This document shows, in pieces, positions 31,062-39,021 of a stretch of DNA of 39,671 nucleotides. Origin of the DNA: a virus. The notes beneath the pieces were generated by a model that saw only the letters and a list, made by a program, of their open reading frames with translations, ran no database searches and was not told the origin of the DNA. A program made the translations under genes and the position numbers. The stretch lies in IMG/VR virus record IMGVR_UViG_3300025000_000041; one strand, written 5' to 3'. Numbering within the stretch: position 1 is the stretch's first letter; each line of letters starts with the position of its first letter.

Positions 31062-31637
31062 ATGAACCTACAAGACATTTTGAAAAAGCATGGTATGTGG
31101 CTGCGCAATGAGAAGGGCGGGGAAAGGGCCAACCTGAGCGGGGCCGACCTGCGCGGGGCCGACCTGAGCGAGGCCAACCTGCGCGGGGCCAACCTGCGCG
31201 GGGCCAACCTGCGCGGGGCCGACCTGCGCGAGGCCGACCTGCGCGGGGCCAACCTGAGCGGGGCCAACCTGCGCGGGGCCGACCTGCGCGGGGCCGACCT
31301 GAGCGAGGCCGACCTGCGCGGGGCCGACCTGAGCGAGGCCAACCTGCGCGGGGCCAACCTGCGCGGGGCCGACCTGAGCGGGGCCGACCTGAGCGGGGCC
31401 GACCTGAGCGGGGCCGACCTGAGCGGGGCCGACCTGAGCGGGGCCGACATTGACTTCTCCTGCTGGCCGCTGTGGTGCGGCAGCAAGGATGTCAAGGTCG
31501 ACGCCCGTATCGCCGCGCAACTGGCAGCTCACTTCTGCGTCCTCGACTGCGACGATCCGGCATACCAGGCGGCTAAGGCTACGATCCTTGAGTTCGCCAA
31601 GACCTCGCATCGGGCCAAGGATTTGGGGCTGATATGA
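31062..31637 (+). CDS. Pentapeptide-repeat protein (A-[D/N]-L-[S/R]-[G/E] x21-22) with non-repetitive C-terminal domain
   Basis: ATG 31062 with AGGAGGA upstream. 191 aa. 22 consecutive pentapeptides, then [17 protein letters not shown]... Confidence 0.9.
   Translation: MNLQDILKKHGMWLRNEKGGERANLSGADLRGADLSEANLRGANLRGANLRGADLREADLRGANLSGANLRGADLRGADLSEADLRGADLSEANLRGANLRGADLSGADLSGADLSGADLSGADLSGADIDFSCWPLWCGSKDVKVDARIAAQLAAHFCVLDCDDPAYQAAKATILEFAKTSHRAKDLGLI
31128..31442 (+). repeat. 21 tandem 15-bp units GCC-[A/G]AC-CTG-[A/C]GC-G[G/A]G
   Basis: Read unit by unit. Every unit uses identical codons except three variable nucleotides, each of which changes an amino acid. The last five units (31368-31442) are identical. 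Confidence 0.95.
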
Positions 31638-31720
31638 AACTCGCATTCCTGACAATCGTCGGCATTTTCCTACTGGTCACGTTCGTTTGGGTGGTCATCG
31701 AGGACCGCCGTCAACCATAG
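31634..31720 (+). CDS. Possible 28-aa hydrophobic micro-protein
   Basis: ATG 31634 overlaps the pentapeptide gene stop (ATGA). [28 protein letters not shown] is a single TM helix plus a charged tail. Too short for composition tests. Confidence 0.35.
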   Translation: MKLAFLTIVGIFLLVTFVWVVIEDRRQP

Positions 31721-31734
31721 CCAAAGGAGGACAC

Positions 31735-31962
31735 ATGACAATAAAAAGCAAAATGGCGCTCGAACTCGCCAGGAAGAAGTTCGGGGAGAGGGCATACGTT
31801 GCCTGTAGCGGGAAGACATTTGAGGTGAATGTGCTCAAATCTCGCTTCGGTGGAGTGTCTCTGATCTACACGAAAGGCCGCGGCAAATCCTGGGAGCTGG
31901 CCCTGCGTGACGCGGGAGTGGAGATCCCAGTGCAGGCGCCCTACCTGCCGCCGAGCAAATAA
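31735..31962 (+). CDS. Hypothetical protein
   Basis: 75 aa. AAAGGAGGA RBS 5-6 nt upstream of ATG 31735. Confidence 0.6.
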   Translation: MTIKSKMALELARKKFGERAYVACSGKTFEVNVLKSRFGGVSLIYTKGRGKSWELALRDAGVEIPVQAPYLPPSK

Positions 31963-33557
31963 TGATCGTCACCCACCAGGACGGCAAACTCCGGCTGCGC
32001 TTCGGGTACAACCCCGACACCGTGGCCCAGGTCAAGGCCGCTCCTGACGGCCGGCGCTACAACCCGAAGACCAAGGAATGGATCCTGCCGGCGTCGATAG
32101 ACAATATCCGCTACTGCATCGAGGCTCTGGGCGCCGATTGCCCCGAGCTGCGCACCATGCTGGCTGGCATGGAGCGCCCCCTGGAGCGCGGCAACGGGCG
32201 CAAGATCGACTGGCAGACCAAGCCTTTCAAGCACCAAGTCGAGGGGCTGGACCTGATACTGAGCAACGATGCCTTGGCGCTATTTTGGGAGCAGGGGGTG
32301 GGCAAGACCCTGCCGGCCATCAAAGCCATCGAGCATCGCCTCGCCTCGGGTGCCATCAAGCGCGCCCTGATCGTCTGCCCCAAAACGGTCATCACCGCCT
32401 GGGTCAAGGAGTTCGCCAGGTACAGCACCATCAAGCCGGCCGTCATCGGCGGCAAGGACCGCGACGGCATCCAGCAGCGCGCCACCGTCGCCATCATCAA
32501 CTACGACCTGCTGCGCATGATGCACCTGGGCGGCTGGGATATGGTCGTGTTCGACGAGTCGCAGTATATCAAGGGACACACGGCCCAGCGCTCCAAGGCC
32601 GCCTACGCCCTGGCCAGGTCTGCCACGTACCGCCTGTTGCTCACCGGGACGCCCGTAGCCAAGGACGCCGGCGACCTTTTCGGGCAGTTCAAGGTGCTCG
32701 ATGAGACGATCTTCGGGCCGTCGTTCTACGCCTTCCGCGCCAAGTATTTCGTTAACCTGGGGCGCAACTTCCCCGACTGGCGTATCCGGCCCGACGCGAC
32801 CGACGAGATCAAGCGCAAGGTCGCCCTGCGCTCCCAGCGCGTCCGCAAGGCCGACGTCCTCGACCTGCCGGATAAACTCTACCAGGTGCGCACCATTGAG
32901 ATGGCCAAGGAACAGGCGCGGGTCTACCGCGAGTTGGAGCGCCACCTGCTGGCCGAGATCGAGGGCATCACCGTCACGGTACCCTACCTGATCACGCGCA
33001 TGATGCGCCTCAACCAGGTTTGCTCCGGTTTTCTGCACCACGAGGACAGGAACCTGGAGTTGGAGAACCCCAAGCTGGCCGAGCTCAAGCAGATCATCGA
33101 CGACTACGACGGCGCTGTGGTCGTCTGGGCCGTGTTCCTGCACGACATCGCCGCGATCAAGGCGGCCTACCCCGGCGCCCTGGTCATCGACGGCAGCAAG
33201 ACAACCGAGGATCGGCAGCAAGCCATCGACGACTTCCAGGCGGGAGGCGCCAAGGTCATGGTGCTGCAGCAGCAGGCCGGAGCCGTCGGCATCACCCTGA
33301 CCGCGGCGCACCTGTCGATATTCTACAGCCGCAACTATTCGTTGCTGGACCGGGTCCAGGCCGAGGACCGACTGCACCGCATCGGCCAGCGCAACCCGGT
33401 CACCTACATCGACCTGGTCATGGCTGACTCAATCGAGCAGGACATCGTCGAGGCATTGGAAGAGAAGCGCATGGTCGCCAGCTACCTGCAGGGCGACATA
33501 GAGAATTTGATCGTCGAGCGATTCAGATCCAAAAGCGGCAAGACCGCCGACAGATAA
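31962..33557 (+). CDS. SNF2-family helicase
   Basis: 531 aa. FKHQVEGL...EQGVGKT (motifs Q/I), FDESQYIKG (II), LLLTGTP (III), C-terminal QAEDRLHRIGQ (VI). Confidence 0.88.
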   Translation: MIVTHQDGKLRLRFGYNPDTVAQVKAAPDGRRYNPKTKEWILPASIDNIRYCIEALGADCPELRTMLAGMERPLERGNGRKIDWQTKPFKHQVEGLDLILSNDALALFWEQGVGKTLPAIKAIEHRLASGAIKRALIVCPKTVITAWVKEFARYSTIKPAVIGGKDRDGIQQRATVAIINYDLLRMMHLGGWDMVVFDESQYIKGHTAQRSKAAYALARSATYRLLLTGTPVAKDAGDLFGQFKVLDETIFGPSFYAFRAKYFVNLGRNFPDWRIRPDATDEIKRKVALRSQRVRKADVLDLPDKLYQVRTIEMAKEQARVYRELERHLLAEIEGITVTVPYLITRMMRLNQVCSGFLHHEDRNLELENPKLAELKQIIDDYDGAVVVWAVFLHDIAAIKAAYPGALVIDGSKTTEDRQQAIDDFQAGGAKVMVLQQQAGAVGITLTAAHLSIFYSRNYSLLDRVQAEDRLHRIGQRNPVTYIDLVMADSIEQDIVEALEEKRMVASYLQGDIENLIVERFRSKSGKTADR

Positions 33558-33567
33558 GGAGGTGCCA

Positions 33568-34011
33568 ATGAGCACTGAGAAAATGATGAGAGAGACCCCG
33601 GTCGTTCCGACCGAGGTTAGCGAGAACCTGGAGCTGGCCGTCCAGGTGATGCTCGAAGCAAGGGCCAAGGAGGGGGAACTGGAGGCGCAGTACGATGACG
33701 CGAGGAAGACCCGGGCCATCGCCGAGCAGGGCGTCATCGACAAGATGCTCGAGCAGGGCGTCGATTCGCTCAAATGCCTCGGCAAGTCGATCTCCCGCAC
33801 GGAGTACGTGCGGCCGTCGGTGACCAAGGACCACCGTCCGGAGCAAATCGAATGGCTGCGCGAGAACGGCTTCGGCGCCCTGGTCGAGGAGACCGTCAAC
33901 GCGCAGAGCTTCGGCGCCCTGGTCCGCAACGAGATCGTCAAGCCGGGCAAGCCCGTCCCCGAGTTCATCAACATCTATCGGGAACAGAGGCTCACGGTGC
34001 GGAGCGCATGA
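33568..34011 (+). CDS. Hypothetical coiled-coil protein (replication/recombination module)
   Basis: 147 aa. AAGGAGG is 5 nt upstream of ATG 33568. No diagnostic motif. Size and context resemble Gp157-type accessory proteins, which is not verifiable here. Confidence 0.5.
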   Translation: MSTEKMMRETPVVPTEVSENLELAVQVMLEARAKEGELEAQYDDARKTRAIAEQGVIDKMLEQGVDSLKCLGKSISRTEYVRPSVTKDHRPEQIEWLRENGFGALVEETVNAQSFGALVRNEIVKPGKPVPEFINIYREQRLTVRSA

Positions 34012-34190
34012 TGGACAAGACAACCGGAGACTTGGTCCAGGATCTGATCGACATTGTGCGCGAGGAACAGAAGATGCGTTATGACCTGCAACTGCGAGTC
34101 GGTGCGCTTGAGTCCAAGCTTGGCTTGTACCGGGACGTCATCGTCGAGTTGCCCAGATTACAGGCGGCACTGACCGCCAAGGAGAACTAA
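34008..34190 (+). CDS. Hypothetical small coiled-coil protein (60 aa)
   Basis: ATG 34008 overlaps the upstream stop (ATGA). Open to TAA 34188-34190. Confidence 0.5.
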   Translation: MMDKTTGDLVQDLIDIVREEQKMRYDLQLRVGALESKLGLYRDVIVELPRLQAALTAKEN

Positions 34191-34192
34191 AC

Positions 34193-34951
34193 ATGGCAAA
34201 AAATCTATTCAACAAATCAACCGCCGTTGAACCGGCGACCGTCAACCTGCCGGCGACACCCGAAGCGCTCGCCGAGATGGGGTTCGACCCCGCGGAGAAC
34301 CTCTCGGGCGAGACGCCCGACATCCCGCTGATCAAGGTGCTGCCCCAGGCGCAGATGTTCACCATGCCCGACGACCGCAAGATCGACGTCATTGAGGGCA
34401 TCATCCTGCTGACCCACCGCTGCAACGCCTGGTGGGACCGCGAGAACGAGCAGGAGGGCAACCGGCCCGCGTGCTCGTCGCTCGACGACGTCAAGCCCCT
34501 GGCCTCATCGCCCAAGGTGCAGAGTTCCCAGTGCGCCACCTGCCCGCTCAACCAGTTTGGATCCGACGTCGGGGAGAACGGCGCTCGTGGCAAGGGCAAG
34601 GCCTGCAAGAACATGCGCCGCATCTACATCCTCATGGACGGGCACGAGTTCCCCTACCTGATCAGCCTCAGCCCGACCTCGCTCAAGGCGGCCAAGCGCT
34701 ACCTGACCCAGCTGGCCGACCGCAAGCGGCACGTGGCCACCGTTGTCACCCGCATCACCCTGGACAAGCAGACCAGCGGCAGCAACGTCTACTCGGTTGC
34801 CGAGTTCGAGGCTATCAAGGACATCGACGACCTCGCCACGCTGACGACCATCTCCAAGCTGCGCAAGCAGGTTGAGCAGATCGCCAGGGGCCAGGCCATC
34901 ACCGGGGCCGAGTACGAGACCGAGACCGAAGACGGCAAAGACCCGTTCTGA
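34193..34951 (+). CDS. Candidate single-stranded-DNA-binding-type protein (Cys cluster, acidic C-terminal tail ending DPF)
   Basis: 252 aa. HRCNAWW...PACSS...SQCATCP Cys/His cluster. C-terminus EYETETEDGKDPF resembles the acidic, Phe-terminated tails of SSB and T7 gp2.5. Lies in the replication module. Confidence 0.35.
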   Translation: MAKNLFNKSTAVEPATVNLPATPEALAEMGFDPAENLSGETPDIPLIKVLPQAQMFTMPDDRKIDVIEGIILLTHRCNAWWDRENEQEGNRPACSSLDDVKPLASSPKVQSSQCATCPLNQFGSDVGENGARGKGKACKNMRRIYILMDGHEFPYLISLSPTSLKAAKRYLTQLADRKRHVATVVTRITLDKQTSGSNVYSVAEFEAIKDIDDLATLTTISKLRKQVEQIARGQAITGAEYETETEDGKDPF

Positions 34952-34970
34952 TCCTCCTTTCCTTCAATAC

Positions 34971-34997
34971 CGGGAGCGGCGCCCGCGGCCGCTCTCG
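34971..34997 (+). terminator. GC-rich stem-loop between the SSB-like and primase-helicase genes
   Basis: CGGGAGCGGC (34971-34980) pairs with GCCGCTCTCG (34988-34997), including one G-U pair, around a 7-nt loop. A weak T-run follows. Confidence 0.35.
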
Positions 34998-35018
34998 GAA
35001 TTGAGGGACAAGGACAAA

Positions 35019-37607
35019 ATGAAAATATCTTATTACTCCAACGGCATCACGCAAACTGAACCTGACCGGCAAGCCACGGTCACCGAGATCATGTCCGACA
35101 TCAAGGGGACAGCCCTGGTCGCCAAGACCAAGGCGCTGCGAGCCGAGACCGACAAGGACAAGCAGGCGGGGCTCAAGGCCTGCCTGCCCTATGTTACCTG
35201 GTCTGGGACGTTCGCTAAGCGGCGCAAGAAGGACCCGATGCTCAAGCCATCGGGGCTGCTCTGCCTCGATTTCGACGACTTGAGCGACGCCAAGCGCACC
35301 AAAGCAAAGCTGGTCGACGACCAGTACGTCCACGTCATGTTCGTCTCACCCCGGGGCAACGGACTCAAGGTCGTCGTGCAGATCCCGGCCGACGCGGAGA
35401 ACCACGAGAAGTATTTCGCCGCGGCCGCCTGCTACTTCGACAAGGTCTACGGCCTCAAGGCCGATGAGAGTGGCAAGGATGTCTCCCGGGCCTGCTTCCT
35501 GTGCCACGACTCTGACATGATATTCCACGAGAAGTCGCTGCTGTTCGACGCCATGCACGAGCCGGTCGCTCCCGAGCGGCCGCAGATCGAGATGGCGCTC
35601 GACGACCTGGAGAACCTGGAGCCGCGCGACATGGGCGACTACTGGGACCTCAAGTGCCCGGCCTGCGGCCAGCACGACGCATATATGTACAAGAATAGTT
35701 GGATCCTGCGCTGCAGCCACAAGAACTCCTGCGGCTTCGAGCGAAACATCCTGGAGGAGCGCATCGAGGCCAAGCTCAAGGCACTGCAGGAAAGCCCCAA
35801 GAACAAGCGGCTGCGCACGACCCTGTACGCGCTGATCCGCAACCTCGACGAAGTCGAGCGCGACCTGCGGTTCAAGGGCATCGGCAAGATCGTCGGCGCC
35901 TCGCTCCATGCCATCCGCAAGGACTTCGAGAACCACGTCAGGGAGAAGGTCGAGGCTGAGTTCCACGCCGACGGCGGCGTCCGCTTCGCCCAGCCCGATG
36001 GCTGGCAGATCCAGGAAGACGGCATATACAACTTTCGCCGCCAGCGGGTGACCGTGCAGCCGGTCTATGTCGACTCGCTGGGCTACGCCCGCAAGGGTGG
36101 CGCCGAGTACGTCAACCTGGTCTACGGAGCCAATGGCACAAGGAAACAGAAGACCGTGCCGCGCCGTGCCGTGGCTATCTCCAAGGACCTGCTCGAGCTG
36201 TCCGACTACGGCGCCCCGGTGACCTCGGCCAACAGCCTTGACGTGGTCCGCTTCCTCGACGCCTGGGTCGCCCGCAACCGGGACGCCATGGGCACGTTCA
36301 CCGCGGTCGACCAGCTCGGCTGGGACTCGCACAACGGGGCCATGCACTTCGTCTTCCCCGACCGCATCATCGGGGACACATCGGGCGAGGCCATCCACTT
36401 CATCGACGGGACGATCGACAAATCGGCGTTTGTCAAGGTCGGGACGCTGGAGGGCTGGGTCGCCGCGGTCAAAGAGATGACCTCATTCCCCGATGCCATT
36501 GTCGGCCGCTTCCTGGTCTACGCCGCCTTTGCCGGCCTGATCCTCGAACCGTTGAACCGGCGCCCGTTTATCATCCACCTGCACGGCGACACGAGTACAT
36601 CGAAGACCACGGCTCTGCGCCTGGTCACATCGATCTTCGGCCAACCGCTCGAAGGCCGGGGGATGATCAAGTGGAATAACACCCAGGCGTTCCTCACCCG
36701 TTACATGGAGAAGTTGAAGAACATCCCCCTGGTCATCGATGAATCCAGCGGCGAGACGCGCAACATCTTTGAAACAACGATCTATATGATGGAGAGCGGC
36801 ACGTCCAAGGGCAAGGCGCTCAAGTCGGACCCGCTCGGGACTGCCCCGATCCGCACCTTCCGCTGCGCCGTGTTCAGCTCCGGCGAGCCCCCGGTCCTCA
36901 AGGAGGAGTTCCTGTCCGGCGCCCAGGTCCGCGTCATCGAGTTCGCCACAAGCCCCTGGGGCGGCGTCCTGCCCCGGGAACAGTACGAGGAGTGGACAGC
37001 CAAGATCCAGGCCAACTACGGCCACGCGGCCGATGCCTTCATCGAATGGTTCCTGCGCAACCGGGAAGAGATCGACTGGGAGGTCATCCAGACGGGCGAC
37101 AACGATCTCAGCCCCGTCGAAAGCCGCGTCAAGAAGGTGGTCAACCTGATATGGACCTGCGGCTTGGTGGTCAATGAGCTATTCAACCTCGGATTTGACG
37201 TCGACGAGGACTGCGCCAAGGTGTTTGAAATGATCCGCGGGCAGCTGGAGGAGAAGCAGAAGTCGGCCGAGCGGATCCTGGGTGACATCCACGACTACTA
37301 CCAGGAGAACCAGGCCAACTTCCTTGTCACGAGCATCGACAAGTTCACTGGCAAGATCTCCGCACCGGAGCCCAAGGCCGGCAAGGTCTACGGCTACGTG
37401 CTCAACGACGGCCACGACCTGGGGTTCATTAAGGGGCCGCTCAAGGAGTACATGAGCCGGCGCCACCCCAACGGCGGGGACTGGGCGATCCACCGCTTGA
37501 AGGAGAGCCAGGTCATCCCGTCGACCAGGACACAGCGCTGGATTAACGGAGTTATCCACAATTTGATATTTTTCCACAACTTTTTCGAGCATGAGGAGAC
37601 ATTTTGA
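35019..37607 (+). CDS. Bifunctional primase-helicase (BT4734/VirE-N-type primase domain + Zn ribbon + SF3 helicase)
   Basis: 862 aa. N-terminal LPYVTWSGTF...LCLDFDDL...FVSPRGNGLKVV...SRACFLCHDSD. CPACG...CSHKNSCG zinc ribbon. Walker A HGDTSTSKT and Walker B LVIDESS. The in-frame extension to 34872 overlaps the previous gene. Confidence 0.85.
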   Translation: MKISYYSNGITQTEPDRQATVTEIMSDIKGTALVAKTKALRAETDKDKQAGLKACLPYVTWSGTFAKRRKKDPMLKPSGLLCLDFDDLSDAKRTKAKLVDDQYVHVMFVSPRGNGLKVVVQIPADAENHEKYFAAAACYFDKVYGLKADESGKDVSRACFLCHDSDMIFHEKSLLFDAMHEPVAPERPQIEMALDDLENLEPRDMGDYWDLKCPACGQHDAYMYKNSWILRCSHKNSCGFERNILEERIEAKLKALQESPKNKRLRTTLYALIRNLDEVERDLRFKGIGKIVGASLHAIRKDFENHVREKVEAEFHADGGVRFAQPDGWQIQEDGIYNFRRQRVTVQPVYVDSLGYARKGGAEYVNLVYGANGTRKQKTVPRRAVAISKDLLELSDYGAPVTSANSLDVVRFLDAWVARNRDAMGTFTAVDQLGWDSHNGAMHFVFPDRIIGDTSGEAIHFIDGTIDKSAFVKVGTLEGWVAAVKEMTSFPDAIVGRFLVYAAFAGLILEPLNRRPFIIHLHGDTSTSKTTALRLVTSIFGQPLEGRGMIKWNNTQAFLTRYMEKLKNIPLVIDESSGETRNIFETTIYMMESGTSKGKALKSDPLGTAPIRTFRCAVFSSGEPPVLKEEFLSGAQVRVIEFATSPWGGVLPREQYEEWTAKIQANYGHAADAFIEWFLRNREEIDWEVIQTGDNDLSPVESRVKKVVNLIWTCGLVVNELFNLGFDVDEDCAKVFEMIRGQLEEKQKSAERILGDIHDYYQENQANFLVTSIDKFTGKISAPEPKAGKVYGYVLNDGHDLGFIKGPLKEYMSRRHPNGGDWAIHRLKESQVIPSTRTQRWINGVIHNLIFFHNFFEHEETF

Positions 37608-38110
37608 TGGGGTATAACAGGGGTATAACAGGGGGTATAACAGGTCAGGATGCCCCGAAACGCAGTGACCATAAGGGTATAACAGGTATCACAGGGTTAA
37701 CAGCCAAAAATGTATGTATAGGGAAAGAAAAAATCATGTACGACTGGCGCTCTCACGCGCGCGAGGCAAAAATACCTGTTATACCCGTTAGACCTGTTAT
37801 ACCCTTATCGGTACAGCGTTTTGAGGTTTCCCAACCTGTTATAGGGTCTGTTATACCCTGTTATACCGAGCAAAAGGTATATGACAAATTATGTCACTGG
37901 AACGGTGGGCCGATCCGGGACAAGGGGCAGGCCCGGGCCAAGCTTATGGAGATGATCAACGAAACCCCCGGTCTGCTCTATGAGTTACCCGACTCCCTGC
38001 TGGACAAGCTGGGGGTCCGCCATGACCAAGTATTCACGCCGGCCGAGCTGGCCCTGGCCAGCAAAATCAACGGCCGGTGCACCCGGAGGATAAAATGGGC
38101 GAGGCCCTGA
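37607..38110 (+). CDS. Hypothetical protein; 5' third overlaps the iteron region, true start uncertain
   Basis: The ORF is open from 37604. Its N-terminal GITGGITG and PVIPVRPVIP peptides are simply translated iterons. The region after ~37868 shows coding-like third-position bias. Alternative starts: ATG 37736, or the ATG opening the MEMINETPG segment near 37947. Confidence 0.4.
   Translation: MGYNRGITGGITGQDAPKRSDHKGITGITGLTAKNVCIGKEKIMYDWRSHAREAKIPVIPVRPVIPLSVQRFEVSQPVIGSVIPCYTEQKVYDKLCHWNGGPIRDKGQARAKLMEMINETPGLLYELPDSLLDKLGVRHDQVFTPAELALASKINGRCTRRIKWARP
37611..37703 (+). repeat. Iteron array, forward orientation (GGTATAACAGG)
   Basis: Exact copies at 37611-37621, 37622-37632, 37634-37644 and 37676-37686. 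Degenerate copies GGTATCACAGG at 37685-37695 and GGTTAACAG at 37695-37703. Confidence 0.9.
37775..37867 (-). repeat. Iteron array, inverted orientation (CCTGTTATACC)
   Basis: Exact copies at 37775-37785, 37793-37803 and 37857-37867. Degenerate copies CCTGTTATAGG at 37835-37845 and TCTGTTATACC at 37847-37857. Confidence 0.9.
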
Positions 38111-38361
38111 TCCAAAAACAGATCATCCGCTACCTGCAGCTGTGCGGCTTCAAGGTCTACAAGCTGTCCGACCGCTTCCGCGCCGGCATCCCCGACCTCT
38201 ACGCCTGCCGGTATGGCAAGAGCTACTGGTTTGAGGTCAAGGCGCCTGGCGGCCGGGTATCGAAGATCCAGGAGTACGAGCTCGAGCAGCTCCGCGCGGC
38301 CGGCGCCAACGCCAGCGTTGTGCGGTCTATCGAGGATGTCAAGATGGCGCTGGTGAACTGA
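38095..38361 (+). CDS. VRR-NUC domain nuclease
   Basis: 88 aa. QIIRYLQLCGF...GIPDLYA...SYWFEVKAPGGRVSKIQ...L...AGA matches the VRR-NUC pattern (G-x-P-D, E-x-K, Q). GGAGGA RBS at 38085-38090. Confidence 0.75.
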   Translation: MGEALIQKQIIRYLQLCGFKVYKLSDRFRAGIPDLYACRYGKSYWFEVKAPGGRVSKIQEYELEQLRAAGANASVVRSIEDVKMALVN

Positions 38362-38546
38362 TGCGTAGCCCTAAGCCCTTCACCTGCGCCACCTGCCGGC
38401 GCAAGACGGATGAGTTGCGGTACTGCTCGAAGTGCAACGCCCTGGTGTGCTTCAGGTGCATCATTTTGGATAAGGAGTCCAGCGAGCTCCGGTATGCGCT
38501 GGGCGAGTGGGAGTGTAAGAAATGCCGAAAGGCGAGGAGGGGGTGA
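38361..38546 (+). CDS. Small zinc-finger protein with four CxxC pairs
   Basis: 61 aa. CATC, CSKC, CFRC, CKKC. ATGA overlap upstream. Confidence 0.55.
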   Translation: MRSPKPFTCATCRRKTDELRYCSKCNALVCFRCIILDKESSELRYALGEWECKKCRKARRG

Positions 38547-38815
38547 TGGCTGAATTAAAACCGATGATCGTAACCACTGTGGAGTTGACCGCAAAGGAAT
38601 ACGCCGCCATCCACCTATGCGTACCCGACAGCGGCAACGATGAACTGGACGCTATGATTAAACGGGCGCAGCGGGAGAGGCTGGCGGTTACTGCGCTAAA
38701 TGGCATCGTGCAGTCTGAATTAAGAAAGGGCGGATTTGGTTGTGAAACTACAATTGGCAGAATGGCGTGGGACTACGCCGACGCCGTTATCGCGGCGGGG
38801 GAGGTGGGGAAGTGA
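38546..38815 (+). CDS. Hypothetical protein
   Basis: 89 aa. ATG 38546 overlaps the upstream stop. GGAGGGGG RBS. Confidence 0.55.
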   Translation: MAELKPMIVTTVELTAKEYAAIHLCVPDSGNDELDAMIKRAQRERLAVTALNGIVQSELRKGGFGCETTIGRMAWDYADAVIAAGEVGK

Positions 38816-39021
38816 CAATAGAAAAATTGAATGAACTTTTACAAAAATACCACAACGACCTTACGGTGAGCATCGGCTTTGGTGAATGGATGTACCTCGC
38901 CGGTCGCCGTGAGCAGGCGAGGGTGGATCGGGAGGCCCTCAATAAATTTGAATGGCGGCATAGACCGTCAAAGCGGGCTATTATCGCCGCCCTAACCGCC
39001 GTAGCGCCGGAGGGAGCATGA
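38812..39021 (+). CDS. Hypothetical protein
   Basis: 69 aa. GTG 38812 overlaps the upstream stop (GTGA). GGAGGTGGGGA upstream. Confidence 0.5.
   Translation: MTIEKLNELLQKYHNDLTVSIGFGEWMYLAGRREQARVDREALNKFEWRHRPSKRAIIAALTAVAPEGA

Larger units (their letters stand above)
37611..37867. other. Candidate origin of replication (opposed iteron arrays flanking an A/T-rich core)
   Basis: The two arrays face each other across 37704-37774, which contains CCAAAAATGTATGTATAGGGAAAGAAAAAATCATGTA. Lies immediately 3' of the primase-helicase gene. Confidence 0.6.

Noticed and set aside
31128-31442. Regular short repeats considered as a CRISPR array
   Set aside because: The units are contiguous with no spacers, are 15 bp long, and sit in frame inside a protein-coding gene. 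No cas genes are present.
30848-31655. Two minus-strand ORFs (215 and 195 aa) reading SAPLR... and VGPAQ... repeats
   Set aside because: They are simply the reverse-complement reading of the 15-bp tandem repeat. Only the + strand frame has an RBS, a non-repetitive N- and C-terminus, and the canonical A(D/N)LxG pentapeptide.
37611-37867. Inverted repeat arrays considered as ends of a miniature transposable element or a CRISPR-like array
   Set aside because: There are multiple short copies per arm rather than a single terminal inverted repeat pair. There are no flanking target-site duplication, no transposase and no spacers of uniform length. The organisation fits iterons better.
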